Shown here in pieces: positions 30,301-41,281 of a stretch of 64,000 nt of DNA; position 1 is the stretch's first letter, and each line of letters begins with the position of its first letter. The notes under the pieces are model-generated. The model was not told the DNA's origin, ran no database searches, and worked only from the letters and a program-made list of their open reading frames with translations. The stretch is from contig OZ024741.1 of assembly GCA_964016885.1 (NCBI GenBank), positions 119,846,001 to 119,910,000 of the forward strand. Direction: 5' to 3'. This DNA comes from Eledone cirrhosa. Its lineage: Eukaryota. The translations under genes and the position numbers were made by a program.

Positions 30301-31912
30301 GGATGTCAACCGAATCTTGTCCTAGCCCGTCAGCATTCATCTCCTCAGTGGCCGTATCTCTGTTCCAGGTATTATTTATCTCAGTATTCAGATCATTGTC
30401 TGCTTCGGGTGGTTCCTCCGTTCTCAGGACCTCCTCACCTTCATTTCCCACCGGCTCGCTTGTCTGGCATACTACACCCGCCATCTCCAAGCCATTCTCT
30501 CTGCTCAGTTCCTCCAGTTCCAGCTCGCTTATCCACCCATTAGTTCTTATTACCCGAGCCTGCCCGGCCAATTTTTGTTCATCTAATTTAAATAAACCAA
30601 TCTCGTTCCAGATGTTATGCATCCGTCTCCTGTAGCCCCTCTCCTTGGGGTTACTTTTCAGGTAGCATTGCATAACAGTTCTATTCAATTCTTTCGTCCA
30701 GTTGGTTCTGGCCCCTTTCCTTCTTCTTCTTCCTCCAACATCAGCAGTATTTGGTTGACAGTCAGGTTCCTGCTGCTGAGCCAGGGGGCACCTGTTGGGT
30801 GAGAGTCTGTCACATGACTTCTAGTCTCCATTTCACCGTTATTCGAACTGTTTATGTTCGATATTTAAACACTCTTATCGAGGATTGGCGAATGTATGTT
30901 TACATAGCCATCTGTGGATCCGCCATCCCACTTGGCCCTTGTGTGGCATTATCACCACGCTGTATACGAACACACATAAACAAACAAACACACGGGCAGA
31001 AAGGGCCCCAAGAATGAATAAGCATAAGTTTCATTGTAATGTAGTATTCGAATGTCTGACTTAGTTTTTGTTTTTTAAGTTTTACTTTTTCCCCCTTCTT
31101 CTCTGTCCGTCCGCCTGCCTCTCTCTTCATTCTTATTTTCTTTACGTTTTTGGGGTTTCTTTTTTTGTTTTTGTTTTTCTCTGTTTGTTTTTCTCGTTTT
31201 TTGCTGTTGTTGCTGTGCTGCTTTGGTTTTGTTGTTTGTTTTTTCTTTTTTCTTTTGAGTCTATCTATATATTTTGATGCCTTCCTCTTTGTTAGTAGTA
31301 GGGATTCTATAATGTGGAAGTAGTAGCAGCCAGCAGGGAGAAGTGGGAGGCTGGCGGCGCTGGCGATACTGAGACAGTGGTGGTGGTGATGTCGATACCG
31401 AGGCAGTGGTGGCGGTGATGCGACCGTATTACTGTAGTGATGGTGCTGTAGCGGTGGCAGCAGCAGTGAAGGAGTCAAGGGGTGGTGGCGGCGGTGATGG
31501 GATAGTGGTGGTAATGATGGCCGTAGTGAGCGGTGGCGGTGAAGGTGAAAATGCTGTTGTGTTTAGTGTACACAGATGATGGGGTGGGTGGTGTATCTAG
31601 TTTCTGGTGTTGGTGAGTTTAGCTGTCCTATATAGTGTAGCCAGAGGAGAGGAGGGGGGGGGGGTTCTTCTTCTTCCATTTATAGCCATTTTTTTGGGGG
31701 GGATATACAGTGTACAATACAAAGTTGAATATTTGAATATTTGAGCCTTATACCAATATATTTTGGGTCCGAATTTTTTGGGGCTCAAGCCGGGTGCTTT
31801 ACGTAGCATTTGTACTAAGAGTTGTTATTTCACAAATGATTTAAATATGTTAAAAATTCAAAACTTACGGGAGCGATTTCATGACCTCCGTCACCTCGTG
31901 CGTCTTCTTCCC
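27366..31912 (-). mobile_element. R4-A copy 2, long form with ~850 bp extra 5' segment
   Basis: Near-identical to copy 5; 5' end (TAA)n|GGGAAGAAGACGCACG is the same as at 55089. Confidence 0.9.
27440..30831 (-). pseudogene. R4-A polyprotein, copy 2: 1-bp deletion just after the ATG (~30818) and TGG>TGA stop at ~30062; 863-aa RT/RLE part still open
   Basis: ORFs 30062..30688 and 27440..30031 are collinear with the intact copy. Confidence 0.88.
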
Positions 31913-32001
<89 letters not shown>

Positions 32002-32002
<1 letters not shown>

Positions 32003-32928
32003 CTTGAATCTCAGTCATTGATGTTAGTTAACTGGAAAGTCCGTTGGAATGAATATCAAGCCACTACCTGCAGCCTCAGATATTCAGGACGTATCGGAGG
32101 GTTCTTGCTGTTCCCAGCAAGCATGCCTTTTGAAGCGTTCCAAAAAACGTGAAGGGGCCGATTTTCTTTAACCATCCCTGGAAACTTTTGGAGATAGTCC
32201 CCAGTGCGCCTATGACAATCGGGATCACTTTGACTTCATGGCAGTTCCAAATCCTTTTTACCACCCACTTTAAGTCCTGGTATCGGTTAATTTTCTCCCT
32301 CTCCTTCTCTTGCACTCTCGTGTCGAATGGGCAGGCCACATCCACAATCAGACACGATCTTTTTTCTTTGTCCACAACCACCAGGTCAGGTCTATTGTGT
32401 TTCAGTTTCTTGTCCGTCTGTATCCTAAAATCCCACAGCACCTTCACCTGATCGTTCTCCATCACCGCCTCTGGCTTATGCTCATACCATTTCTCAGAAT
32501 GTGGTAAATTGTTTACTTTGCACAGGTGCCAGTGGATCACCCTGCCCATCACATCATGTCTCCAGCCCTTATAGTGGGTCTGGGCTAGGTGTTTACACTC
32601 GGATACAATGTGAGCCACAGTCTCCTCTCTCTCTTCACAGATCCTGCACAGTGGGCTAGCCTCCTCCTTGTAAATATGGTGTTTCAACCACTTCGTTTTG
32701 AGGCCTGCTCCTGCGCAGCCATTAACATTCCTTCTGTAGCCTTTTTAAGGTCTCCTCTTTTCAACCAGTTCCATGTCTGTGGATCTCTAAATTCAGTTTT
32801 CTCAAAGAAGGTACTATGAAGGGATTTTTCCTGAAGGCTGCTCTTTCTCCTTGATGTTATTTCCTCCTTGGACATCCCCTGGCCTATTGTCGCCTCCTTC
32901 AGTACAGTTCTGAGCATTGGCTCCTTAC

Positions 32929-32931
<3 letters not shown>
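32002..32931 (-). mobile_element. R4-A copy 3, 5'-truncated (RLE domain + 3'UTR), more diverged, frameshift at ~32700
   Basis: ORFs 32076..32687 and 32684..32917 match the R4-A C-terminus. Confidence 0.9.
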
Positions 32932-32971
<40 letters not shown>

Positions 32972-33180
32972 GGCGACCTACGTAGTAAATCGTATCATCG
33001 TGAGCTCCGCAAAGGTTTGTTATTTCCGTTTGTTAAAAATTGTCATTTATGGAAAATTTTAATGTTAACTGTTTATAAGCGCACATACATTGTTTTCCGA
33101 AAAGGACACCCAAAAAGATTGGGGCCTTGTGCCCAAAATTTAAACTTTTATTATTATCAAAAAAAATTTCTTTGAAAAAA

Positions 33181-35220
33181 ATGGCTAATTCACCTCTGCA
33201 CGAAGCAGCTGAAAGCCTTCCTCACAAATTAACACCTCACACCGACACCACCATTGTAAATGTTACTACGTTTGCCAACACAAAAAAAATATCAGCACTA
33301 GCAATATTTTAAATTTGTCTCAGGCAGACATTCATTTCCCGCCATTACCAATGACTGCAGATGTTAAAGCCTCCACCACCACCACCACCGCGACAACAGA
33401 AACAAAAGAAGAAAAAAATAAATTAACTCGTGATGTCGAAATGAAATCAAGCAAAATGGACTCTTCCCCACCAAAGACGACTGACGTCACCACCACCACA
33501 ACTGAAACTAAAATTAATATTAACACAAATAACGATAGCAACAACAACAACAATGACATTATAAAACCGTTTCGCCAGAGTAGCAAAACAATTCGAAGCA
33601 TTTACGTTAACTCAGGAGGATTTAGAAAATGCCAAACAAATGGTAAAGAAAGATGGGTACAGGGTCAGCCTCACCCCCCTAACTAATAAAATGGAGCATC
33701 GGCGCCTATGCACCGTGTCGTATAGAACAATAAATGTAAAATCGCGCCGAGTGGAACGGGCATCCGAGTCCCAAATCCAAAAAGCTTTGGGACATGTGTG
33801 GGCAAGAAAAACCCACATCAGACGTGGGCAAAAGTATGGAACCGTGGACGTGTTCTTTGAAACACCAGAGGAGGCTAGAGAACACTCCATGGCCCCATTA
33901 AAAATTGACGACTTCACACTCGTCCCAAGCTATTGTGGCCAGAGACTCGTAAAGATTAGGGTGACCCACGTTCCACCGGCCATCGAAATTCCCTGGCTAA
34001 TAGCGGCCGTCCTCGCCGGCATCGAAGCCAACACGAAAATAATAGCAATAGCAAAAGAAAAGCAGGAAAACTGGTCCGGATCTGGGATGGAGCTCCTGAT
34101 CCAAGCGGACCAAAAAAGCATTGAGGAGATCCCAGAGGTAATAGACCTCACTGACGGCAGCCACCTCACGGTAATTGTCGAGGGCAGAAGACCTAGGTGT
34201 GTCGTTTGTGGTGAAGGAACCCACCTAAGGGCTTTCTGCCCTCAGGCTAAAAGGTTGAGGCCACCTCTCCTACCCACCCCAGTGACACAACCATCAACAC
34301 CACCAGTAGCAGAGATGGCAGCAACAACTGTAGCAGCAACAACAGAAGCAACTATAACAGCAACAACCCCAGCAACAGTAGCAAAACCAACACCACCACC
34401 ACCACCAGCAAAACCAACACCACCACCACCCAACGCTTCAGAACTAGCACCAGCGCCTACACCATCCACCACGCCACAACCAAAACTAACGGCTGTGGAG
34501 GATTTTCCACTCTCCGGCCTATCACAACTGGAGACAGATTGTGACGACGAGGAGTGGGAAACGATATCCGGAAAAAAAAAGAAACCAAAAAAGAAAAAAT
34601 TCTCTTCCTTCCCCCTCCAAAAACAAAATACAGAGGGAAACAAATAAATTAAGAAACAAAAAAGTTAGGACAGATATGCCACTATCCACACCAGCATCAC
34701 CAACCCCATCAACCCAAACACCAACACCATCACCATCATTAACCCCAACACCACCATCACCTACACCACAAAAGTCACCAAAATGCGAAACAGAAACAAA
34801 CCCACAACAAATGCAAAAAAAACAAAACAACCAAAACGATACACACTACACAGCATTAAATTTGAACACGGGGTCGATAAAATAAAGTACTAGTAATGTA
34901 CTGGGTAATTGCTGGCCTTGTGCCTAAAGTAGAAACAATTAAATTTGAACAACAAGCAATTATTACACTACATCCAACACAACACCAGCATCACAGAAAA
35001 AGACTACACAACAACCCCAAAATTCACACCACCTCCACACATACAAATCACTCGCATCACACAGAAAACGTACATGACACTAAAACAAAAATTCCCCAAA
35101 GACATCGGAGACTTCCGACAAGCACTCTCCAGGAGGATTTATAAGGACATCCTTCCTGAGGAGGCCACAAGCAGTGAAAAGGATGGAAAAACCGTCCTTC
35201 CCCTACGAGAAGTAAGGTAA
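33181..35220 (+). pseudogene. Tx1 copy 1 ORF1 (gag-like, CVVCGEGTHLRAFC knuckle, T/P-rich regions), frameshifted and interrupted by an insertion
   Basis: Pieces from ATG 33181, 33315, 33640, 34541 and 34945..35220; core and C-terminus are homologous to copy 2 ORF1. Confidence 0.8.
34869..34937 (+). mobile_element. 69-bp insertion (probable SINE 3' fragment) with 14-bp target-site duplication ATTAAATTTGAACA
   Basis: TSD at 34855-34868 and 34938-34951; related 29-mer on the minus strand at ~50139-50167. Confidence 0.8.
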
Positions 35221-35254
35221 GTGGTCTTTCCCATCTTTTCCACTCCTTTTCAAC

Positions 35255-38200
35255 GTGACCTCACTCAGAATAGGCAGAATAAATGCGCGTGGCTTGGGGT
35301 CGTCATGGAAGCAGGGCCACCTGCTCAACGACCTCAGGTCACTAAACATAGATGTAGTGGCCATCAGCGAGACCAGAATCTCCGAAGCACAGGCTTTCGC
35401 ACCGATCTTCGGCGGCTACCATGTGTACGCATCTCCCAGCCGTCCGGGATCGGGGGGAGGAGTTGCTGTGCTTTTTCGGAGAGGTTTGGATCTTGCCATA
35501 CGGGCCATCTTCCTGGACCCAGAAGGTAAGTTGGTGGTGCTGGACGTGACCAGCGGAGACGGGCAAGCTTTCAGGTTAGTGGCCGTCTATGCCCCGACAG
35601 GAGCAGGGCGGCCTGATTTCTTCCGGTGTCTGGAGACCTTTCTTGGAACGTCCCGCTCTTTAGTGTTAGTGGGCGACTGGAACGGGATCTTAGATGCACG
35701 CTGGGATTGTGTGGGATTAGTGGATAGGGAAGGAGGGTGCAAGAGTCTCACCAACCTGCTCAGACGTTTTGAACTGTCTGACAGGTACCGAATGGATTTC
35801 CCGAATGTACCAATGTGGACTTGGACAAATCGCATAGGGTCATCCAGATCATATCTAGATAGAGTATTTTGTAGGGAAATAGATAGGTCTAGCATAGGCT
35901 GTCCACAATTCAAGATAGTCAGCTACACGGACCACAAATTCGTGATCTGTGTGCTTGACTTAGATAGGCTTCATAGACGAGGACCCGGCTACTGGAAGAT
36001 AAACGCGTCCTTACCAGCGCGCAAGGCCTACAGAGACCGGATTAGCGAACTAGTTAAGCGGGCGTTGACGGGGGCCATCGTCAACAACAAGTGGTGGTTT
36101 GCTCTGAAAAGAGCAATTAGAATAGAGTCCATTAGGTTTAGTAAGACTTTAGCAATAGAGAAAAATAGAGCAGAGGGAGTACTAGTTAGAAAATTAGATG
36201 AGGCGCTTAGCAAAGGCATCGCGACCGACGTACTTGCGGCGAAATTGGCCCTTGACCAATTCTTCAATGCAAAGCACGAAGGCTGCGTTGTCAGAGCTAG
36301 GGTGCGTGCTCTCAGACACGAGGGGACAAAAGCCGTTCAATGGACCCGAGTGGCGGAGGCGCGTCGTGGCAACAAAGCCACTATCCGGTCTTTGGTGGAC
36401 CACGATGGGCGCATGCTACTCGATCCCGGGCAAATGTGTGAAGCTTTTCAGCGACACTTCGCTCAACTGTTCGGGGGCAGTGGCGGGCCGGATCGAGGGA
36501 TGTGTCTACCTCGACGGACTGCCGCGGCTTTCGGCCACTGAGGCGGAGTGTTGCGAAAAGCCGATAACAACCGCTGAAGTACGGGATGCAATGACTAGTT
36601 GCACAAGGGGTAAATCGCCTGGTTTAGATGGTCTGCCCTATGAACTTTACGTACAAATGCCAAACTTGTTCGGAGGCCTCTTGGCGGACGTCTACTGCAA
36701 CTGGCAACAGAACGGGAGAATTCCCAGCTCTGTGAGCCGAGGAGCGGTGGCGCTGCTGAGAAAGAATCCGAACAAGGGGGATAACATAGATAATTTTAGG
36801 CCCATAATACTGCTAAACACAGAGTTCAAGATTTTGGCCAAGGTGCTAGCAAAGAGGTTGGCGCTTGTCGTTGGTGGTCTGGTGGGAGAGGCACAGACAT
36901 GCGCCATTCCCGACAGATCCATTCACGACAACCTCCACCTCATGCGATACATCGTAGAGAGGGTAGCTAGGGAACCTGGCACGGGTGGGTCTTTGATCAA
37001 TTTAGATCAGTCGAAAGCCTTCGATAGGGTCGACCATCGTTACCTAGCGGCAGTCCTGAGGGCGGCTGGCTTTGGGCCCGTCTTCAGAGGCTGGATCGCT
37101 GCCATGCACAGCGACATCTGCTCTGTAGTGAGAGTGAACGGTCACCTTTCGGAACCGTTCAACATCATGCGCTCGGTCCGCCAAGGCTGTCCCCTCTCGT
37201 CCCTATTGTACCTATTTGATTCTCGAGCCATTACTGCACAAACTGGAGACGTTGAGGGGCGTCCCGCGCGAACTAGGATGCGGAAGATCCGTGTCAGCAT
37301 ATGCCGACGATGTCACCGTAGTGGTGTCGAACGCTAAACACATCGAGGCGATCGGCACTACACTAAGAGAATACGAAGCGGTGACAGGAGCAATGATCAA
37401 CCAGGAAAAGTCAGTGGGCCTGCAGCTCGGCACCTGGAGAGGCAGGTCCATGCCGTCCAACAGCGTCGTCGGGCGCTGGACGGACGGACCGGTTAAATTG
37501 CTAGGGGTCTGGTTCGGTCCAGACCTCCAGACGGACAAAAACTGGGACGAGGTGACGAGCAGCGTGGCTTCTCTCACCCAGAAATGGGCCGAGAGGAAGC
37601 TATCCCTGAAAGGTCGAGCGGAGGTGGCTAACGCGTACATCGCGTCCGTCATCTACTACCGCCTGACCGTCGTACCTTGTCCTAAGCCCCGCCTGACTGC
37701 GCTGAAGCGTTTGCTCTTTCGCTTCTTGTGGAAGGGACGCGCTCCGATGGTCAGGCGGTTCATCTGTTGTCAACACCCGCTACGTGGAGGGCTGGGCATG
37801 CCGTGGCTGATGATGCGCAGACACGCGCTCAGGCTACGACATCTCCACCTCTTCCTCGACGGTGATCAGGTGTGGTCGCCGTTTGCTAGACACGTTTTTT
37901 CCCAGCTCGTCTCCTTGACGGAGCTGCAGTCCTGGGTCAAGCGAAGACCGAGAGGGAGCGCTTGGAGACTGGAATGTCTTCAGGCGCTCACAGCCCTCGA
38001 CCAATCGGGCAATGTGATCGGTGGAAACTCCACCTTGGCGTTCTATAGGGGATTAGTGGAGGGGAAGAGCGACGACGTACTTGGAGAAACTCTAGGCGTC
38101 GACGAAAATCAACTAGCCAATCTCTTCGGAAGGACTTTCGGGCCGGGGCCTATGGACAACTTCCAGAAATCCCTGGCCTGGCAGTGCTACCGGGGTGCTT

Positions 38201-38666
38201 TGCTAGTTCGGGATAAACTTTACAGGCATGGAGGTGCCGTCAGCCGGGCATGTCCGAGATGCGCACAGGGCGACGAAACCGTCCTGCACGCACTCGTCCA
38301 GTGTCCGAGCATTGCTGACTTGTGGGTTTATGTCGAACACCTGCTGTCACGTGTAGGACGGATCCAGCTATCAGCTGAGTCCATCGTGAGGATTGCCCCG
38401 CCTCTTCCTTTTGCCGGGAAGGGCAGGCAGTTTTTATCTGTCTGGTGGCCATGGCGAAAGAGATAGTATGGTGGACACGTTTGAAAGGGCTGAAGACGAG
38501 CACTTACCTCTTCGGTGATGCCCTGATTAACTTTTTCAAATTTCATCTGAAAAAGAAAATCAGGGTAGAGAGGGAAGTGCTCTCTTCCCAGCATTTTGTT
38601 GAAAGATGGGTGAGAGAAGCAAGTATGGCCCGAATGAATGGGCCTTCTCTGAGTATGTGTCTGTAA
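35255..38666 (+). pseudogene. Tx1 copy 1 ORF2 (APE-RT-CCHC), GTG start, frameshifts near 36500, 37212 and 38400
   Basis: Pieces align almost identically to intact ORF2 41282..44701. Confidence 0.9.
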
Positions 38667-39145
38667 ATTAAAGGTGGAAAACTGGGAGAGGGCACTTGCC
38701 CTGGTGGTCAGGGCCACTGTGGTCTTTTAATGGGCTTTCTCCACAAATGTCCCTCGGAAGTCTCCCCCCTATTGGGGAATTTTTCTTTGTTATTTTATTT
38801 CATCCGGTGTTTTTTTTTACACGCAGAAATGCCCATTTGTACCGTCCTGTATTGTCCTGTACTGTCCTTAATGTCTACTTTATGTAAACCCTTGTGGTTA
38901 ATAAAGAAAACATTATTATTATTATTATTGAATGCTATGGTTGACGGAGGCTCGGCTCTGTAAGGTATTATAAATTTTGAACGCTATAACAATTGTAAAT
39001 TGTTTAAAACTTTAACGAACTTGTAGACAAAAACACCCTCCTCCTCGTGAGAGGGGTCTTTCTGCCCGTTATTTGGCCCTTCGGGGTTAAATAACTGTAT
39101 ATTGGGGTTTTGTACCCAATATTTATTTTAAACAAAAAAATCAAC

Positions 39146-41246
39146 ATGGCTACGAAAAAGAATTTGCATAGGTCACTCCCACTCATTCCGTCTTCTTCTT
39201 CCTCAATCATCACTACAGAAGAGAGAAGATTGTCTCTCTCCCTCCCTTCTTTAAATGTGTCTCTCTCCCTCCCTTCTCTTTCGCAAGCGACGAAAGAAAA
39301 GAAAAGTCTCGTGCAAAGCGTGCAAGGTTTCTCCACGACGACGACGACAGCGACTAAACAAGTGTGCGGGAAATACGAAAACCCAGTTCATTCGTCTGAC
39401 GTCAGGAATAATAGCAGTAGCAGCCGTAATAACAACAGCAACAGTGACAATGAAAACAACAGTAGCAGCCGCAACAGCATCACCAGCAGCATAAACAATA
39501 ACAGCATTAGCAGCAGCAACACCAACAACAACCACAGCAACAGCGGCGAAGGCAGTAGTCGTAGTACCTGCAGCAACAACAAAAGTAACAGCAGCTCTGA
39601 CGACAACAACAACAACAGCAGCAAAGAAAAACCAATCTCATTTGCAGGTATTGCGAAAAACTTGGAAACAATCCTCATAACAAATGAGGAATTAGAGGAA
39701 GCGAAGAAGATGGTGACAAAGAATGGACACCGAGCAATCTGCAAGGCAGCGGAAACATTTTTCGAAACCCAACAGCACTGTACGGTCACGTACCGTACAG
39801 TAAGTACAAAATCCCGTAGGGTGGAAAGAGCCACAGAGGCCCAAATACAAAAAGCCTTGGGGTCTGTGTGGCAGCGGAAAACGCACATCACCCGAGGCAA
39901 AAAATATGCCACCGTAGACGTACTTTTTGCCACACCCCAGGAGGCAAAGGCCCAATCCGTAGTGACCCTAAGGAGCGAGGAAATGGTGTTGGTGCCCTCC
40001 TACTGCGGGCAAAAAATTGTGAGGGTCAAACTGACCCACGTCCCCCCCCGGAATGGCCCCTCTTGGCTGGCCGCGTCTGTCCTCGTCGGAATGGAGGACA
40101 AAACAACTGTACTGCAAGTACAGAAAAAAGTAAGAGAAGATTGGGTCGGCACCTCCATTGAGATGCTAATCCAAACCAACCAGGAGTGCATCGAAGCTAT
40201 CCCGGATGTGATAGACTTCGATAACGGCACTCAACTGCCCATAAGTGTTGAGGGCAAACGCCCGAAATGCTTTCGCTGTGGATCGAAGACTCACCTCAGG
40301 GCCTTCTGCAACGAGAAGACCCTGAGAAAGGAGAAAACCCCCCTCCTTCCGAAACCGGCTCCACGGCTACCAGCAACAGGACAAGCGGCAACCAGGAACG
40401 ATAGGTCCGTGGCACCCATACCCACGCCACGGAAATCAAAAACAGCAGCAGCAGTGGAAATATTAACAACAACAACAGCAATACCAAATGCAGCTGCAAC
40501 AGAGACTCCAGTGCAAACATCACCAACAACAACAAGTGAAAGAGTGGAGCTGGTACCCCTCCCCGACCTCACAGAATCAGACATGGAGTGTGAGGTGGGA
40601 GAGGGATGGCAAAAGGTCGTAAGAAGGCACAAACGCAGAAGCAGCGCATCGTCGCCTTTGAAAAGGGAGGAAAGAAATGAGAAAAGGGTAAAGTCTACTG
40701 CAAAGAGACCCACAGCAGCAACACCACCAACACCATCACCACCCACACTAGCACCACCATCCCCACCGGCGACAACCCCACCGCCAACAACACCTTCAAC
40801 ACCACCACCACAAGCACCAACATCGCAAACACAACAACAAAACACACACACCCAGCAACAACGACAAGAAAATAGCAGAACCACACCGCACCCCAGAAAA
40901 AAAATGCACGGCAATAAATACACACAACAAGAAACTAATGACTTACATAATTGAACACATAGACATTTCACAACACGACTACATAATACCAGCACCAATC
41001 AAAACGCCAACTAACATAAGACTGCTAAAAATAGCACAGAAACAATACACAAACATTAAAACGAAATTCCCCAACGCAGTTGGTGATTTCAGGGACCTAG
41101 GAGGAACTATCAATCGAAGAGTATATTCAGACATTCTCTTAGAAGAGCCGACGACCAGCCGAAGGGACGATTCAACGGTCCCTTCACCAGACGATCAAGT
41201 GAAAAAGGATGTAAAAACCATCCCTCCTCTACGAAAAGTACGGTAA
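39146..41246 (+). CDS. Tx1 copy 2 ORF1 (gag-like nucleic-acid-binding protein, CFRCGSKTHLRAFC), with one apparent frameshift at ~40.9 kb
   Basis: ORF from ATG 39146 to 40954 plus 40938..41246, whose end (KTIPPLRKVR*) matches copy 1 (KTVLPLREVR*). Confidence 0.75.
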
Positions 41247-41281
41247 GTGGTCTTTCCCATCTTTTCCACTCTATTTTAAAC

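Larger units (their letters stand above)
32972..38911 (+). mobile_element. Tx1/L1-like non-LTR retrotransposon, copy 1 (full length, defective)
   Basis: 5'UTR, ORF1 with CCHC knuckle, APE-RT-CCHC ORF2, 3'UTR ending CCCTTGTGGTTAATAAAGAAAAC then (ATT)n. Confidence 0.85.

Noticed and set aside
34570-40954. Programmed frameshift in Tx1 ORF1
   Set aside because: Shifts are at non-equivalent positions in the two copies and near A-runs; decay or sequencing error is more likely.
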